Assembly: GCA_963701965.1 (NCBI GenBank)
Contig: OY969695.1
Coordinates: 928,001-992,000 of the forward strand
Origin: an uncultured Gemmatimonadales bacterium
GTDB taxonomy: Bacteria > Gemmatimonadota > Gemmatimonadetes > Gemmatimonadales > Gemmatimonadaceae
Direction of reading: 5' to 3'
DNA length: 64,000 nucleotides
In this document: positions 10,938 through 20,453 of the stretch, piece after piece
Position numbering within the stretch: position 1 is the stretch's first letter
Layout: every line of letters starts with the position of its first letter
The notes under the pieces: generated by a model
What the model was told of the DNA's origin: nothing
What the model saw: the letters and a program-made list of their open reading frames with translations, nothing else
Database searches by the model: none
Made by a program: the position numbers and the translations under genes

Positions 10938-11271
10938 GTACAACGACATGGTGCCCATCGCGGCGTAGTCCGCGTGCAGTATCCCTGGCACCCGCTCCAC
11001 GGGCAGGACCTGGTCGTGTGGAAGGCGCACACGTCCGGCGGCGGGCGCAGTTACGTGGTCGCGCTGGCGGAATGGAACGATGACCCTGCTGCCGCAGTGG
11101 ATGACGGAGCCTGCCGCGGCGACCGGTGCGGTGGTGGTCGCACGGCCGCACGTGTCGGTCGCAGCGCTCGAGCAACTGCGACGCCTGGTTGACGCGGTGC
11201 GACAGCCGGTGGACTGTCTTCCCCATCCGCCATCGTCACCGTCACCACCGCCCGGGAGCCTCAATGTCTGA
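10938..11271 (+). CDS. Small accessory protein (Y4bD/DUF5372-like), frameshifted near 11075 and lacking its own start
   Basis: QRHGAH..VQYPWHPLHGQ, then LPQWMT..VSVAALEQLRRLV in the adjacent frame. Confidence 0.65.
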
Positions 11272-11455
11272 TCGTCGCACCGCGCTCGTTCCGTCCGCTG
11301 TCCAGCGTTCCCTCGCATTGGGGGAAGGCACCGTACACTGGGAGACGCTGCCGTCCACCGTCCGGTCCGCGGTCCTCGAGATGTGGGTCGCCCTGCTCGC
11401 GGCCCACGTTGCCCAGGCGTCAACCGCAGCCGTGATGACGGAGCCGACCCCGTGA
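11264..11455 (+). CDS. Small accessory protein of the recombinase element
   Basis: 63 aa (..WETLPSTVRSAVLEMWVALL..) with RBS GGGAG; overlaps both neighbouring genes. Confidence 0.6.
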   Translation: MSDRRTALVPSAVQRSLALGEGTVHWETLPSTVRSAVLEMWVALLAAHVAQASTAAVMTEPTP

Positions 11456-13564
11456 CCGGCGCGAAGATCACCCCACCCATGTCGGCCGAACCGCGTACGT
11501 GTACGTGCGCCAGTCGACAATGACGCAGGTGCACGATAACCGGGAGAGTCAGCGGCGGCAGTACGAGCTCGCCGACCACGCCCGGACGCTCGGCTGGACG
11601 CAGGTGGAGGTCATCGACGACGATCTCGGTCGGTCGGGCAGCGGCCGGGTCGCGCGGCCTGGCTTCGAACGACTGGTCTCCGCCGTCTGCCTGGAAGAAG
11701 TCGGTGCCGTGCTCGCGCTGGAAGTCTCTCGTCTCGCGCGCAACAGTCGCGACTGGGCGCATCTCGTTGACCTGTGCGGGCTCACCAGCACACTGATCAT
11801 CGACGGCGAGGGGATCTACGATCCGCGGGACTTCAACGATCGCCTCCTCCTGGGCCTCAAGGGGACGATGAGCGAGTGGGAACTGGGCGTCCTCCGCCAA
11901 CGCTCGCTCGCCGCCCTCAAGCAGAAGGCGGAGCGGGGCGAACTGTACACCAGCGTCGCGATCGGCTTCCTGCGCACGCGCGACGCCGCCGGCACCAGTC
12001 GGGTCGAACTCGATCCCGATCTCCGGATCCAGGAGGCGATCCGCGGCGTGTTCCGCAGCTTCGCGCGGACCGGGAGCGTGCGCCAGACGCTGCTCTGGTT
12101 CCGGAGCGAACGGATCGCGCTGCCCGCCGTGCGCTATGGCCCATTCGGCCGTGCCGTCGAGTGGAAGGTTCCGGTCTACGGCACGGTGCACAAGATGCTG
12201 ACCAACCCGATCTACGCCGGCGCGTACGCGTACGGTCGGACGACCACGCGGACGACCGTGGCGAACGGACGTGCCGAGAAGCGCCGCGGCGCCCACACCG
12301 CGCGGGCCGACTGGGCGGTCTTGCTGCGGGACCACCATCCGGGCTATATCGACTGGAGCGAGTACGAGGCGCATCAGGCGACGATCGCGGAGAACGCGCA
12401 GATGAAGGGACTCCTGGGTGGTCGCGGTGCGCCGCGGCGCGGCATCGCTCTCCTGGCCGGACTGCTCCGCTGTCGTCGGTGCGGACGTCGGCTGCATGTG
12501 ACGTATAGCGGGACCAACGGGACCGTGCGCCGCTACGCGTGCCAGGGCGCGGCGATCAACCACGGGACCGACAAGTGTCTCTCGTTCGGCGGGCGCGTCG
12601 TCGAGGCGGCGGTTGAGGCGGCCGTGCTGACGGTCATCGCGCCGGGCGCGATCGAGGCGGCGATCGGGCATCCGCACAGGCCGATACGGCCCACGAGGAA
12701 CGCGGGGCGCAGGCGCGACTGCGCGTCGAGCAGGCCCGGTACGAGGCCGAGCGTGCGCGGCGCCAGTACGATGCGGTCGATCCCGCGTACCGCCTCGTCG
12801 CGGCCGAGCTGGAGCGACGGTGGAACGCGGCACTCGCCGCGCTGGCCGAGGCGGAGCGCGTGCTGGCCGGCCTCGAGGCCACGACGGCCACCACGCGGCC
12901 CGTCGACCACCGGTCGCTGCTCGCGCTGGCCGATGATCTGCCCGCCGTGTGGCACGACGCGCGCACGGACGTCCGACTGAAGAAGCGGATCGTGCGCGTG
13001 CTGATCGAGGAGATCCTTGTCGATGTCGATATGGGCGCCGCGCAGGTCCAGGGCGTCATCCGGTGGGCCGGCGGACAGCATAGCATGATCACCGTGCGGA
13101 AGAACCGGACCGGCGAGCATCGCCGCACGACCGATCGCGACGTCGTCGCCTTGGTGCGCCAGCTCGTCGCGGTCCTGCCCAATGGCCCGATCGCGGCCGT
13201 CCTCAACCGGCTGGGATACCAGACCGGCAAGGGTAACACGTGGACGGCGAGCCGCGTCGTCGGACTGCGCCACTACTACGAGATCCCCGTCCACGACGTC
13301 GAACGCAAGGCGCGCGAGGGTCTCCTGACGCTGGAAGAGGCGGCGGCCCGCACGGGCGTGAGTCCCTCGAGCGTCCGGCGCTGCATCGCCGACGGACTGC
13401 TGCCGGCCACGCAGGTCGTCGCGTATGCCCCGTGGGTGATCCGGTCCGCGGATCTCGACGTGCCGGCTGTCGCTACCGCGCTCGAACGCGTCCGCACCAG
13501 TCCCCGCGCCCCGCGGCGCATGGACCGCACGCAGCTAAGTCTCGACCCACCATCCACATCGTGA
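11452..13564 (+). CDS. Large serine recombinase, frameshifts near 11472 and 12670-12720
   Basis: AYVYVRQST, DDDLGRSG, EVSRLARN, LLGLKGTMSE, zinc ribbon LRCRRCG, coiled coil and C-terminal HTH. Confidence 0.92.
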
Positions 13565-13587
13565 GGTGACGTAGTATGTCGCTGGAT

Positions 13588-13925
13588 CGGGTGGTCCGAG
13601 GAGCACGACGTTCTCCTTCCGCTCGACGAAGCCCAGGGTGTGGAGACTCTCGATCTGCTCCCGCTTGAGCGAAGGCTGGAAGGTGAAGTCGAAGTCCGCG
13701 AGCGTCTTCACGGCCGGGAGGCGAGAGGAGCGCATCGCCGCTTCCAGCCGACGGTTGTTGCGCAACCCGATCTGTGCGCCGAGCAGGGCTTCGAGTGCGG
13801 CCGCGGCGGGGAGGCTGCCCGCGTCCACGCGCTGGAGGACGGTATCGAGCGCTTCCAAGGCCCTTGGCATCTTGAGGTCGGCGAGTTGCGCGCGCAGGCG
13901 CTCGCGGACGGTCAGCCCCGGTCAT
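13588..13925 (-). pseudogene. istB: IstB ATPase, 5' part
   Basis: LKMPRAL..KTLADFDFTFQPS..ENVVLLGPP; the ATG overlaps the istA stop. Confidence 0.9.
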
Positions 13926-14947
13926 GAGACGGCCTCCGCGAGCGCGGCGTACGCGGCGAGCGGGCGGCGTTCGACGACGACTATGCGGGTCGGGATGGGG
14001 GCCGCCTGGGGATCGCCGGGCCCGGCAGGCGGGACGCCCCGCGGATACGGGCGGGGCGCGAGCGGCTGGAGCGCGGGCCGCTCGTCACGCTCGAAGCGGA
14101 CGCGCGGCGCTTCCCGCGTCGTCCCGTGCACCCGCACGTTCGCGGTCGCCTCGAGCCAGGTGCGCGCCTGCGCGGCGAGATCGGCGTCGCCCAGGAAGTC
14201 GCGCCCGTAGAGGAAGTTCCGCCGCACATAGCTCACCGGCCGCTCGACCTTCCCCTTCGTCTGGGCCCGATACGGGCGACAGGCGCGGATCCGGAACCCC
14301 CAGTGGGCGGCGACCCGCAGGAACTCGGCGTTCTCGAGGAGTCGCCCGCCCTCAGGCCGCCGATCCTCGACGACCACGGCCCGCATCTGATCGAACAGCA
14401 CCTCGCGCGGGACGCCACCGAAGTAACCGAACGCCGTCTCCAACCCGTCGATCACGGCGGCCATCGTCTGCCGCGGGTAGAAGCCGAGCCAGAGGAGCCG
14501 CGAGTAGCCGAGGACGACGAGTAAGGCGTAGCGGCGGCCCCACGGGAAGCGGACCGTGGCGAAGTCGAGCTGCGCCTGCACGCCCGGTGGTGTCTCGAAC
14601 CGGACGATCGGTTCGGGCTCGGGGCGTGGGCGCACCCGGGCGACGTAGTCGCGCAGCTGCGTGATGCCACCGTCGTACCCGGCGGCGCGGACCTCCTCGA
14701 ACAAGCGCACGGCGCTGAGCTCGGGGTACGTCGCGAGCCGGGCGTCGATGATCGGCTGATAGCGCGCCAACTTCCCGGGCGCCGCCCGGCGGATCCGGGG
14801 TGCCGTCACCTCCCGATCGAGCTGGCCCGTCTGGAGCCAGTGATAAATCACGCGGCGACTGACACCGAGCTGCGCGGCGATCGCCGTCTTCGAGAGTCCC
14901 TCGTCCAGCATCTGTCTGAGTAGCACGAGTCGATCCGCTCCGTACAC
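13922..14947 (-). CDS. istA: IS21 transposase IstA
   Basis: N-terminal HTH, RFETPPGVQAQLDF, LGYSR, GGVPREVLFDQM and RAQTKGKVER. Confidence 0.95.
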   Translation of the reverse strand: MYGADRLVLLRQMLDEGLSKTAIAAQLGVSRRVIYHWLQTGQLDREVTAPRIRRAAPGKLARYQPIIDARLATYPELSAVRLFEEVRAAGYDGGITQLRDYVARVRPRPEPEPIVRFETPPGVQAQLDFATVRFPWGRRYALLVVLGYSRLLWLGFYPRQTMAAVIDGLETAFGYFGGVPREVLFDQMRAVVVEDRRPEGGRLLENAEFLRVAAHWGFRIRACRPYRAQTKGKVERPVSYVRRNFLYGRDFLGDADLAAQARTWLEATANVRVHGTTREAPRVRFERDERPALQPLAPRPYPRGVPPAGPGDPQAAPIPTRIVVVERRPLAAYAALAEAVS

Positions 14948-15331
14948 TGCGTCTCCCCAGCAGAGGAGACGGGAACGTGGCACCGATCGGCGCGATGCCG
15001 AGGCCGGCGCTCGACCCGAGCTGGCCTGACACCCCGCCCTAGGACTGGAGTGGACTGTGCAACTTCAACCGGTGAAAGTGCGCAATCTCACATTGGTGAT
15101 GACAACGTGTCGCCCAGCGCGCCGTAGAGCACTCCTCGGGTCCGTAGTGGTGCAGCCCGACCCTCCTCAACGGGCCGCGTGTCGCAGAGTCGGCACGCCA
15201 ATGCTGCGCGCGGACCAACCGCAACCGGTCGCAACCGGTGTCCGCGGTCGCGGCAGTCCACCACTCCGAGGTGTTTTGGTGGCCGTAGGGCTCGGGCCCG
15301 CTTCCCGCGTCGCCGACCTCGGAAAGGACAC

Positions 15332-15529
15332 TCAGCGCGCTCCCTCCGTCGTTCCCACCTCATGGAACGCGATGCGAACCTGGAGCTGCGCGTAGGCCAC
15401 ATCCGGGTCAGGACGCTCTCCCTGTGGCCAGGGCCACCGGGCCAGCAAGTCGTTCAGGTCCGCCCAGCGTTGCTCTCGCTCCAATCGCGTCAGCCGGCGC
15501 GCTAGCAAATCATCATTCGCGTCCCACAT
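15332..15529 (-). CDS. Small hypothetical protein
   Basis: 65-aa ORF at the end of an overlapping minus-strand gene string. Confidence 0.45.
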   Translation of the reverse strand: MWDANDDLLARRLTRLEREQRWADLNDLLARWPWPQGERPDPDVAYAQLQVRIAFHEVGTTEGAR

Positions 15530-15804
15530 GTGTCACATCCTGGGCTGGGCCCCCGCGAACGCCTATCGCAGGATGTCGCCTGCGTCCAGCCCGAGGCGTA
15601 CCCCAAGGCTTCGCCGTCCGCTGTGATCTTGAAAGCAATCGGATTGCCGGCAGCGTCGCGAACCACTTCGGCCAGTCCCAACGCGCCCAGCTCTTCGCCG
15701 GCCAGGTTGATCCGCTCGATCTCCTCGTCCCGGCGCTTGCGGCGTGCGCCAACCTGGTCGTGGCTCGTGCCCTTCGCCCTTTGCTTCTTACGGGGGTTGC
15801 TCAC
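15502..15804 (-). CDS. Hypothetical protein
   Basis: 100-aa ORF overlapping the stop of the tandem-HTH gene. Confidence 0.5.
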   Translation of the reverse strand: MSNPRKKQRAKGTSHDQVGARRKRRDEEIERINLAGEELGALGLAEVVRDAAGNPIAFKITADGEALGYASGWTQATSCDRRSRGPSPGCDTCGTRMMIC

Positions 15805-16406
15805 GATGAGACTCCCGGATGGGTTGCATGGCCTGGGTTGCTCACGGAGTGACCCTGCATCCGGTTAGGACTGGTTCCTGACATTGGCGACACTGGCGCG
15901 GTTGAGCGTACGGACGGGAATAGGTCTTCGACAGGCCTGTCCAAGAACGCGGCGATACGGGCCCTGAGAGCATCACTCCCTTGTCGCTGACGCGTCAGCA
16001 CGCACACCAGGTGGTTGTAACTCGACTGAAGTTTTCTAGCCGCCACTGGGCCCGACATCTTCAGCCCGGCCAGCCGCTCATTGAATGCCTTCATGTTTGG
16101 GTGTGACGCTGCCGGCTGCGACTGGCGGTCGAGCGCTAACGCCGCACGTCGTCTGGCACGCCGTTGTTCCAGCCCCGGAAAGATCTGATCCTCGGGCACA
16201 CCAAGGAATCTGGCGAGTCGATCTCTAAGCCCTGGCGACGCGAACCGCTTGCCACTGAGGACTAGCTGCAGGTGCGCGTAGGAAACGCCGAGCCACACAG
16301 CCGCTTTGGCTCCCGTCAGTCCGCTGTACGAGATGATCGCCTGAAAGAGTGCAATCCGCTCTCTGTCCGTGAAGCCGGCGGCGCCGACATTGGGAAGAAT
16401 TCGCAT
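15801..16406 (-). CDS. Protein with two tandem XRE-like HTH domains
   Basis: Internal repeat: AAVWLGVSYAHLQLVLSGKR..LRDRLARFLG / AARKLQSSYNHLVCVLTRQR..LRARIAAFLD. Confidence 0.75.
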   Translation of the reverse strand: MRILPNVGAAGFTDRERIALFQAIISYSGLTGAKAAVWLGVSYAHLQLVLSGKRFASPGLRDRLARFLGVPEDQIFPGLEQRRARRRAALALDRQSQPAASHPNMKAFNERLAGLKMSGPVAARKLQSSYNHLVCVLTRQRQGSDALRARIAAFLDRPVEDLFPSVRSTAPVSPMSGTSPNRMQGHSVSNPGHATHPGVSS

Positions 16407-16481
16407 TGAGGCTGGTGTGCAACAGGATGGATGGTGGTGTCCGCGATCGGCGGGGTCTCGATCACGAGTGACGGCGTCGTT

Positions 16482-16772
16482 CTATGACGCCTTGGCTCGG
16501 GGCGTTGGTCGGCCGCCACCGCGCTTCCTCGGCAGCGGATCAGCCTGGTGCAATGCCTTGCCAAGTTCTTCCCAATTGATGCCGAGGCCGACGCACAAGG
16601 CGCGCAGCTTCCGAAATCCGATGTTCCGTTCCCCCCGTTCGACCGCACCCACGAAACCGCGATCGATGTGGGCCTCATAGGCGAAGCGTTCTTGCGAGTA
16701 ACCCGCCGCGCGACGAAAGGCACGTATGACCTCCGCCAGCGCCGCGAGTTCGTCATATCGCTCTACAGCCAT
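16482..16772 (-). CDS. XRE-family HTH regulator
   Basis: IRAFRRAAGYSQERFAYEAHIDRGFVGAVERGERNI. Confidence 0.9.
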   Translation of the reverse strand: MAVERYDELAALAEVIRAFRRAAGYSQERFAYEAHIDRGFVGAVERGERNIGFRKLRALCVGLGINWEELGKALHQADPLPRKRGGGRPTPRAKAS

Positions 16773-16889
16773 GTTGCTTCTTGGTGCTCCAGATCAGAAG
16801 TGAGAGGGGGCGGTGGCGCATGTCAACGAACCATGCCCTCATGACGGTTCACGGTAACACGGATCGCGACGTATCGCGAATGTTCATAT

Positions 16890-16941
16890 GTCTACCAATC
16901 GGCGGACGACTGACTGGCGGTCTACCGATTGGCGGTCGACC
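16890..16941. promoter_or_regulatory. Tandem 15-bp operator-like repeats between divergent XRE genes
   Basis: GTCTACCAATCGGCG / GACGACTGACTGGCG / GTCTACCGATTGGCG / GTCGACC. Confidence 0.65.
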
Positions 16942-16971
16942 AAAAGGCCCCCACGCGCTAATCTCGCGGCC

Positions 16972-17241
16972 GTGTCGAACCGCTCAGAGCTGCTTGCCAT
17001 TGGCCAAAGCCTGCGCAGCCTCCGTGAGGCCGCCGGAATGACGCAGGAAGACCTTGCAGAGGCGGCCGATCTCCACCGCACCGAGATCGGTCGGTTTGAA
17101 CGGGCCGAGCGGAATATCGGCATCTTGACCGTCCGCAGAGTCCTCGCCGCCCTGGGCAAGTCGTGGATTGACCTGGGGCGGGAGCTAGAGGCCCGTGACC
17201 CGTTGAACCGGGCTACTCGCCGGAGCGGTCGCCGCGCTTAG
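16972..17241 (+). CDS. XRE-family HTH regulator
   Basis: IGQSLRSLREAAGMTQEDLAEAADLHRTEIGRFERAERNI; probable GTG start at 16972. Confidence 0.9.
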   Translation: MSNRSELLAIGQSLRSLREAAGMTQEDLAEAADLHRTEIGRFERAERNIGILTVRRVLAALGKSWIDLGRELEARDPLNRATRRSGRRA

Positions 17242-17245
17242 GCAG

Positions 17246-17263
17246 CATTGCAGTTCTGCAATG
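17246..17263. promoter_or_regulatory. Palindromic operator candidate upstream of the TPR gene
   Basis: CATTGCAG-TT-CTGCAATG. Confidence 0.65.
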
Positions 17264-17366
17264 TTCCGCGCATGGGTCATTTGAGCCTATTGCGATCGTA
17301 GTTGGCGCCATAAGTTCATGCGCCGCGCGGATTGGACTTTCATCACGCGACGGCGCAATCGATCCC

Positions 17367-18653
17367 TTGGCCTGGACAGACCTGTGGCGGACGAACGGTC
17401 CCTCTTTCTATTCCGATGAACCCCTCCTCCGTCATAGCGCATTCTTCGCGACGGCGGCGACGACCCCAGACGATTCCCCCGAGTTCGAGCTACTCACCGT
17501 TGGCCTGCTGGTGCTGCGTCTGCTCGACCGATGGCGGGCACGCGACACAACGGACCGGGACGTCAAGTTCAGCGAATTCATCGCCGTCAAACGCCGCGTG
17601 GAGGCCATGTCGGAGGGGCCGGCGAGGCGGATATTGGCGGAGCTAGTCAACACGATCAGCGCCTTTGCCTACGGCCGCTCCGACTCTCGGATGGCCACGC
17701 TGCTCGCCTTTGCCGAAATCCTCGAACACGCCAGCCAATGGGAACCGGCCGCGGACACTTACCGCACCGCCATTGACTTGGCCGGCGATCGGATCGCGGA
17801 CCGCGAGCTGCTGCCACGGGCGTACGATCGCGCCGCCTACTGCATCCGACTGGTCGGTCGTCTCGATGAAGCGCTCGAATTGGTGAACGAGGGGAGCGCC
17901 ATCGCGGCTGAGATCCGCGACCCCTATTGGGCGCTGCGTTTGCGTATCAACGCCGCCCTGATCGAAGTGCGGAAGGGAAATCTGCCGGAGGCCGAATTCC
18001 AGTTGGACGCGATCGTCGAGGATGCCGAGACCACAGGTCAGCTCGAGATGGTGGCGTGGGGCAAGCATGAACGGGGACACGTGGCCTACGAGAGGAACGA
18101 GAACGAACTGGCCGCCACGCTATTCCACGCCGCGAGCCTCGGACATACCGATCCTGCGCGCGTCCAGCGCGCGGTCCTTGACCTGGCGCTGGCCCTGGCG
18201 GATCTGGGCCACATTGGGCACGCGCAGCGGGCCTACCAGGTCGTGCGTAACGCCAGGGAAGACCACGACGGCATACGGGCGTTGGCCGGAATCAACTTGA
18301 TGCGACTCGCCCACATGACCGACGACCGGGCGCCCTTTGAGCAGCTCCGTCGCGAGCTGGGGAGTGAGCGCATGACGGGCCGGTTGCGAGCGCACTATCA
18401 CCTGATTGCCGGGCAAGGACTACGGCGGTTCGGCGATCCGGATGGGGCTCGTGCCGCATTTCAGCGCGCCATTGAAGTGGCCGAACAGTTCAAGGTGTTC
18501 AAGCTCGTCGTCGAAGCTGAGGCGCTACTCAACGCGACTGGGGACGAGCGCCCGCGGCCGAGAAAGACGAAAGCGGGCGCCAGGGCACTGGCTCCGATTC
18601 TGGCCGACATTGACCAGAGGCGCGGACCGTTCGCAGGGGCGGCACAAGACTGA
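17367..18653 (+). CDS. Cytoplasmic TPR-repeat protein, candidate peptide receptor
   Basis: 428 aa, all-helical, with TPR-like units (LVGRLDEALEL, RKGNLPEAEFQL, DLGHIGHAQRAY, FGDPDGARAAFQRA); no signal peptide seen. Confidence 0.8.
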   Translation: MAWTDLWRTNGPSFYSDEPLLRHSAFFATAATTPDDSPEFELLTVGLLVLRLLDRWRARDTTDRDVKFSEFIAVKRRVEAMSEGPARRILAELVNTISAFAYGRSDSRMATLLAFAEILEHASQWEPAADTYRTAIDLAGDRIADRELLPRAYDRAAYCIRLVGRLDEALELVNEGSAIAAEIRDPYWALRLRINAALIEVRKGNLPEAEFQLDAIVEDAETTGQLEMVAWGKHERGHVAYERNENELAATLFHAASLGHTDPARVQRAVLDLALALADLGHIGHAQRAYQVVRNAREDHDGIRALAGINLMRLAHMTDDRAPFEQLRRELGSERMTGRLRAHYHLIAGQGLRRFGDPDGARAAFQRAIEVAEQFKVFKLVVEAEALLNATGDERPRPRKTKAGARALAPILADIDQRRGPFAGAAQD

Positions 18654-18678
18654 CCGCCCCCGCGAAGCGCTCGCTAGG

Positions 18679-18807
18679 TTAGCACTGGCCCGTCCCTGCG
18701 ACCACGCCGCCACCGCAGGCCCGTTGAGGGGCCGTGACTGATCCACAGGCGGCCAGCGCAAGGGTAGCGATGGCCAGGACGATGCGGCGGGCGATGATGT
18801 TTGACAT
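18679..18807 (-). CDS. 42-aa secreted lipopeptide (not in the ORF track)
   Basis: MSNIIARRIVLAIATLALAAC-GSVTAPQRA-CGGGVVAGTGQC*; RBS GGAGAG 7 nt upstream; lipobox LAAC. Confidence 0.8.
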   Translation of the reverse strand: MSNIIARRIVLAIATLALAACGSVTAPQRACGGGVVAGTGQC

Positions 18808-18926
18808 GGGATGTCTCTCCGTAGAGGGTGACCAACCGCTCGGGATTGAGCGTGGTTCTCAACGGTAGATCGCCATGGCTGATGCGAGAATACCCACAGC
18901 GTTCGTGCATTATTGCGCCTGACCGA

Positions 18927-18940
18927 TTGCAGTCCTGCAA
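18927..18940. promoter_or_regulatory. Palindromic operator candidate upstream of the peptide gene
   Basis: TTGCAG-TC-CTGCAA, a 13/14 match to 17248-17261. Confidence 0.65.
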
Positions 18941-18949
18941 GGTATGAGT

Positions 18950-19297
18950 CTACGACTCGGCGTTGCGTGGTGGACCAGGCGTATAGTGCCTGGCGCCATC
19001 AAATCGGCCGCGGGCTGGCCACGCCGCCTTCCGGAGCTGGGCCGCTAGCACGTCGACGGTGAGACCCCGAGGCTCGTCCCGGTCGAACTTGTAGCTCCGC
19101 TGCTCGCCGCCCTCGCCAACGAAGTACCGCGAACTCGCCCGATGGTCGCCGAGCGGCACGATTCGGCGCTTGAACGGCGCGGCGTGCGGCGGTCCGTAGG
19201 CGACGTCGTGCACCCGCCAGCGGTCGTTCCGATGGTCGACGAAGTACAGCCTGCCGTCTGGGGTAGTCTCGACGGCTGGCTTTCGTGGCATTGCCAT
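18950..19297 (-). CDS. Hypothetical protein
   Basis: 115 aa (YFVD..RWRVHD..RYFV..RSYKF..RGLTVDVLAAQL). Confidence 0.7.
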   Translation of the reverse strand: MAMPRKPAVETTPDGRLYFVDHRNDRWRVHDVAYGPPHAAPFKRRIVPLGDHRASSRYFVGEGGEQRSYKFDRDEPRGLTVDVLAAQLRKAAWPARGRFDGARHYTPGPPRNAES

Positions 19298-19411
19298 ATG
19301 GCAAGGACACCGACGGCGGACCGCGGTGCGGCCTCCCGAAAGAGTGCCGGCTCTTGCCTAGGCATCAGCAGAGTCGCATTGTAGCGACCCCAACCACAAG
19401 GACCGCCAGAA

Positions 19412-19972
19412 GTGCCTTCGCTAGCATACGCGCTGTTAGTTACGATGGCGTCATCGCAGGCCATTGCGCAGTCCAATTTCGGCACTGCCGCGACCGCGCC
19501 CGTGGATACCACCACGCCCGAACCGAAGGCAGCTAAGGCGCCTCGGCAGCGATCGATCAGTGTGGTTCTGCCATTTGTGAAGGACAAGGCTAGCGATTTC
19601 GTCGCCGGCGCGCTGCTCGACGCCGGGTACCAGATCGCTTCCACATCACCCGCCCTCATTGAAACGGCGGAATTGCCTCGATACGGGAACACGGCTGGCC
19701 TGGTGATCCGCGTGAACACCATTGGTTTTGCGTCCGGGGATTCGACCCGTGTCGTAGTTACCGGAACATTTTTCAACGACATGGCGTTGCGCCTCACCCG
19801 CGTCCTTGCGGGCAACCAGGCATTGCACGACATGCACGCCGGAGAGAGCCAACCGGTCGAGTCCTATTCCGGCGGCCTTCAGGCGAAATTGTGGAAACGG
19901 CTATCGGACGTCGCCGACGCGGTCACCAAAGCTGGCGGCGGTCACTCACTCGCCGCTCCACCGACACGGTGA
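19412..19972 (+). CDS. Putative secreted protein
   Basis: Signal peptide ending AIA-Q; 186 aa. Confidence 0.65.
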   Translation: MPSLAYALLVTMASSQAIAQSNFGTAATAPVDTTTPEPKAAKAPRQRSISVVLPFVKDKASDFVAGALLDAGYQIASTSPALIETAELPRYGNTAGLVIRVNTIGFASGDSTRVVVTGTFFNDMALRLTRVLAGNQALHDMHAGESQPVESYSGGLQAKLWKRLSDVADAVTKAGGGHSLAAPPTR

Positions 19973-19977
19973 TATCG

Positions 19978-20453
19978 TGAGAGCGTGTCTGGTCGGGGCG
20001 TGGCTGCTCCTTGTGACCGTGCCTACTGCGTCCGCACAGCCCGATACCATGCGAGCACTCTGGATGCCCGCGTTCGATGATGGTCAGCAGGTCGACGACT
20101 CGACCCTGGTGTACGATGTTGGGAGCCTCGCTCAGACCCCCGACCGTGACGTGTTCGTCTTTCTCGCACGAGCGCCCGCGCCGAGACCCCGGTTCCCATG
20201 CATTCTGTACGGTGACTGCTCGCCGACGCTCGAAAAGAAGTACTGGGAGGAGATGGCTAGGCCCGAGTCCAATGCTCGCTTCGTGATCGAGTATGACTAC
20301 GTCAACTGTCACTCACTTTTCATGAAAGGGGGAAAGCAGTGGTTTGTGGACTCGGCTGGTCACATCCTAGCCACGAAGACCCGCGTTAAGCAGTGGATCC
20401 ATTTGCCATCGCTCGCGAAGCCAATCTGCCGCAAGATCCTTGATCCGCCGTAG
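19978..20453 (+). CDS. Putative secreted protein
   Basis: GTG start, signal peptide ending ASA-Q, several Cys residues. Confidence 0.55.

Larger units (their letters stand above)
10936..13587 (+). mobile_element. Small serine-recombinase element inserted in the istB Walker A codons
   Basis: istB rejoins as LLGPP|GVGK at the shared CGGG (10932-10935, 13588-13591); inverted arms ATGTCGCTGGA / TACAACGACAT. Confidence 0.88.
10371..15104 (-). mobile_element. IS21-family insertion sequence carrying a nested element
   Basis: Imperfect terminal IRs TGTCAACACC../..GGTGATGACA with internal GTTGAARTTGCAC repeats; 5-bp TSD ACGTG (10366-10370, 15105-15109); istA and istB present. Confidence 0.92.

Noticed and set aside
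16890..16941. Short repeats considered as a CRISPR array or iterons
   Set aside because: There are no spacers and no cas or rep gene; they are better explained as operators.
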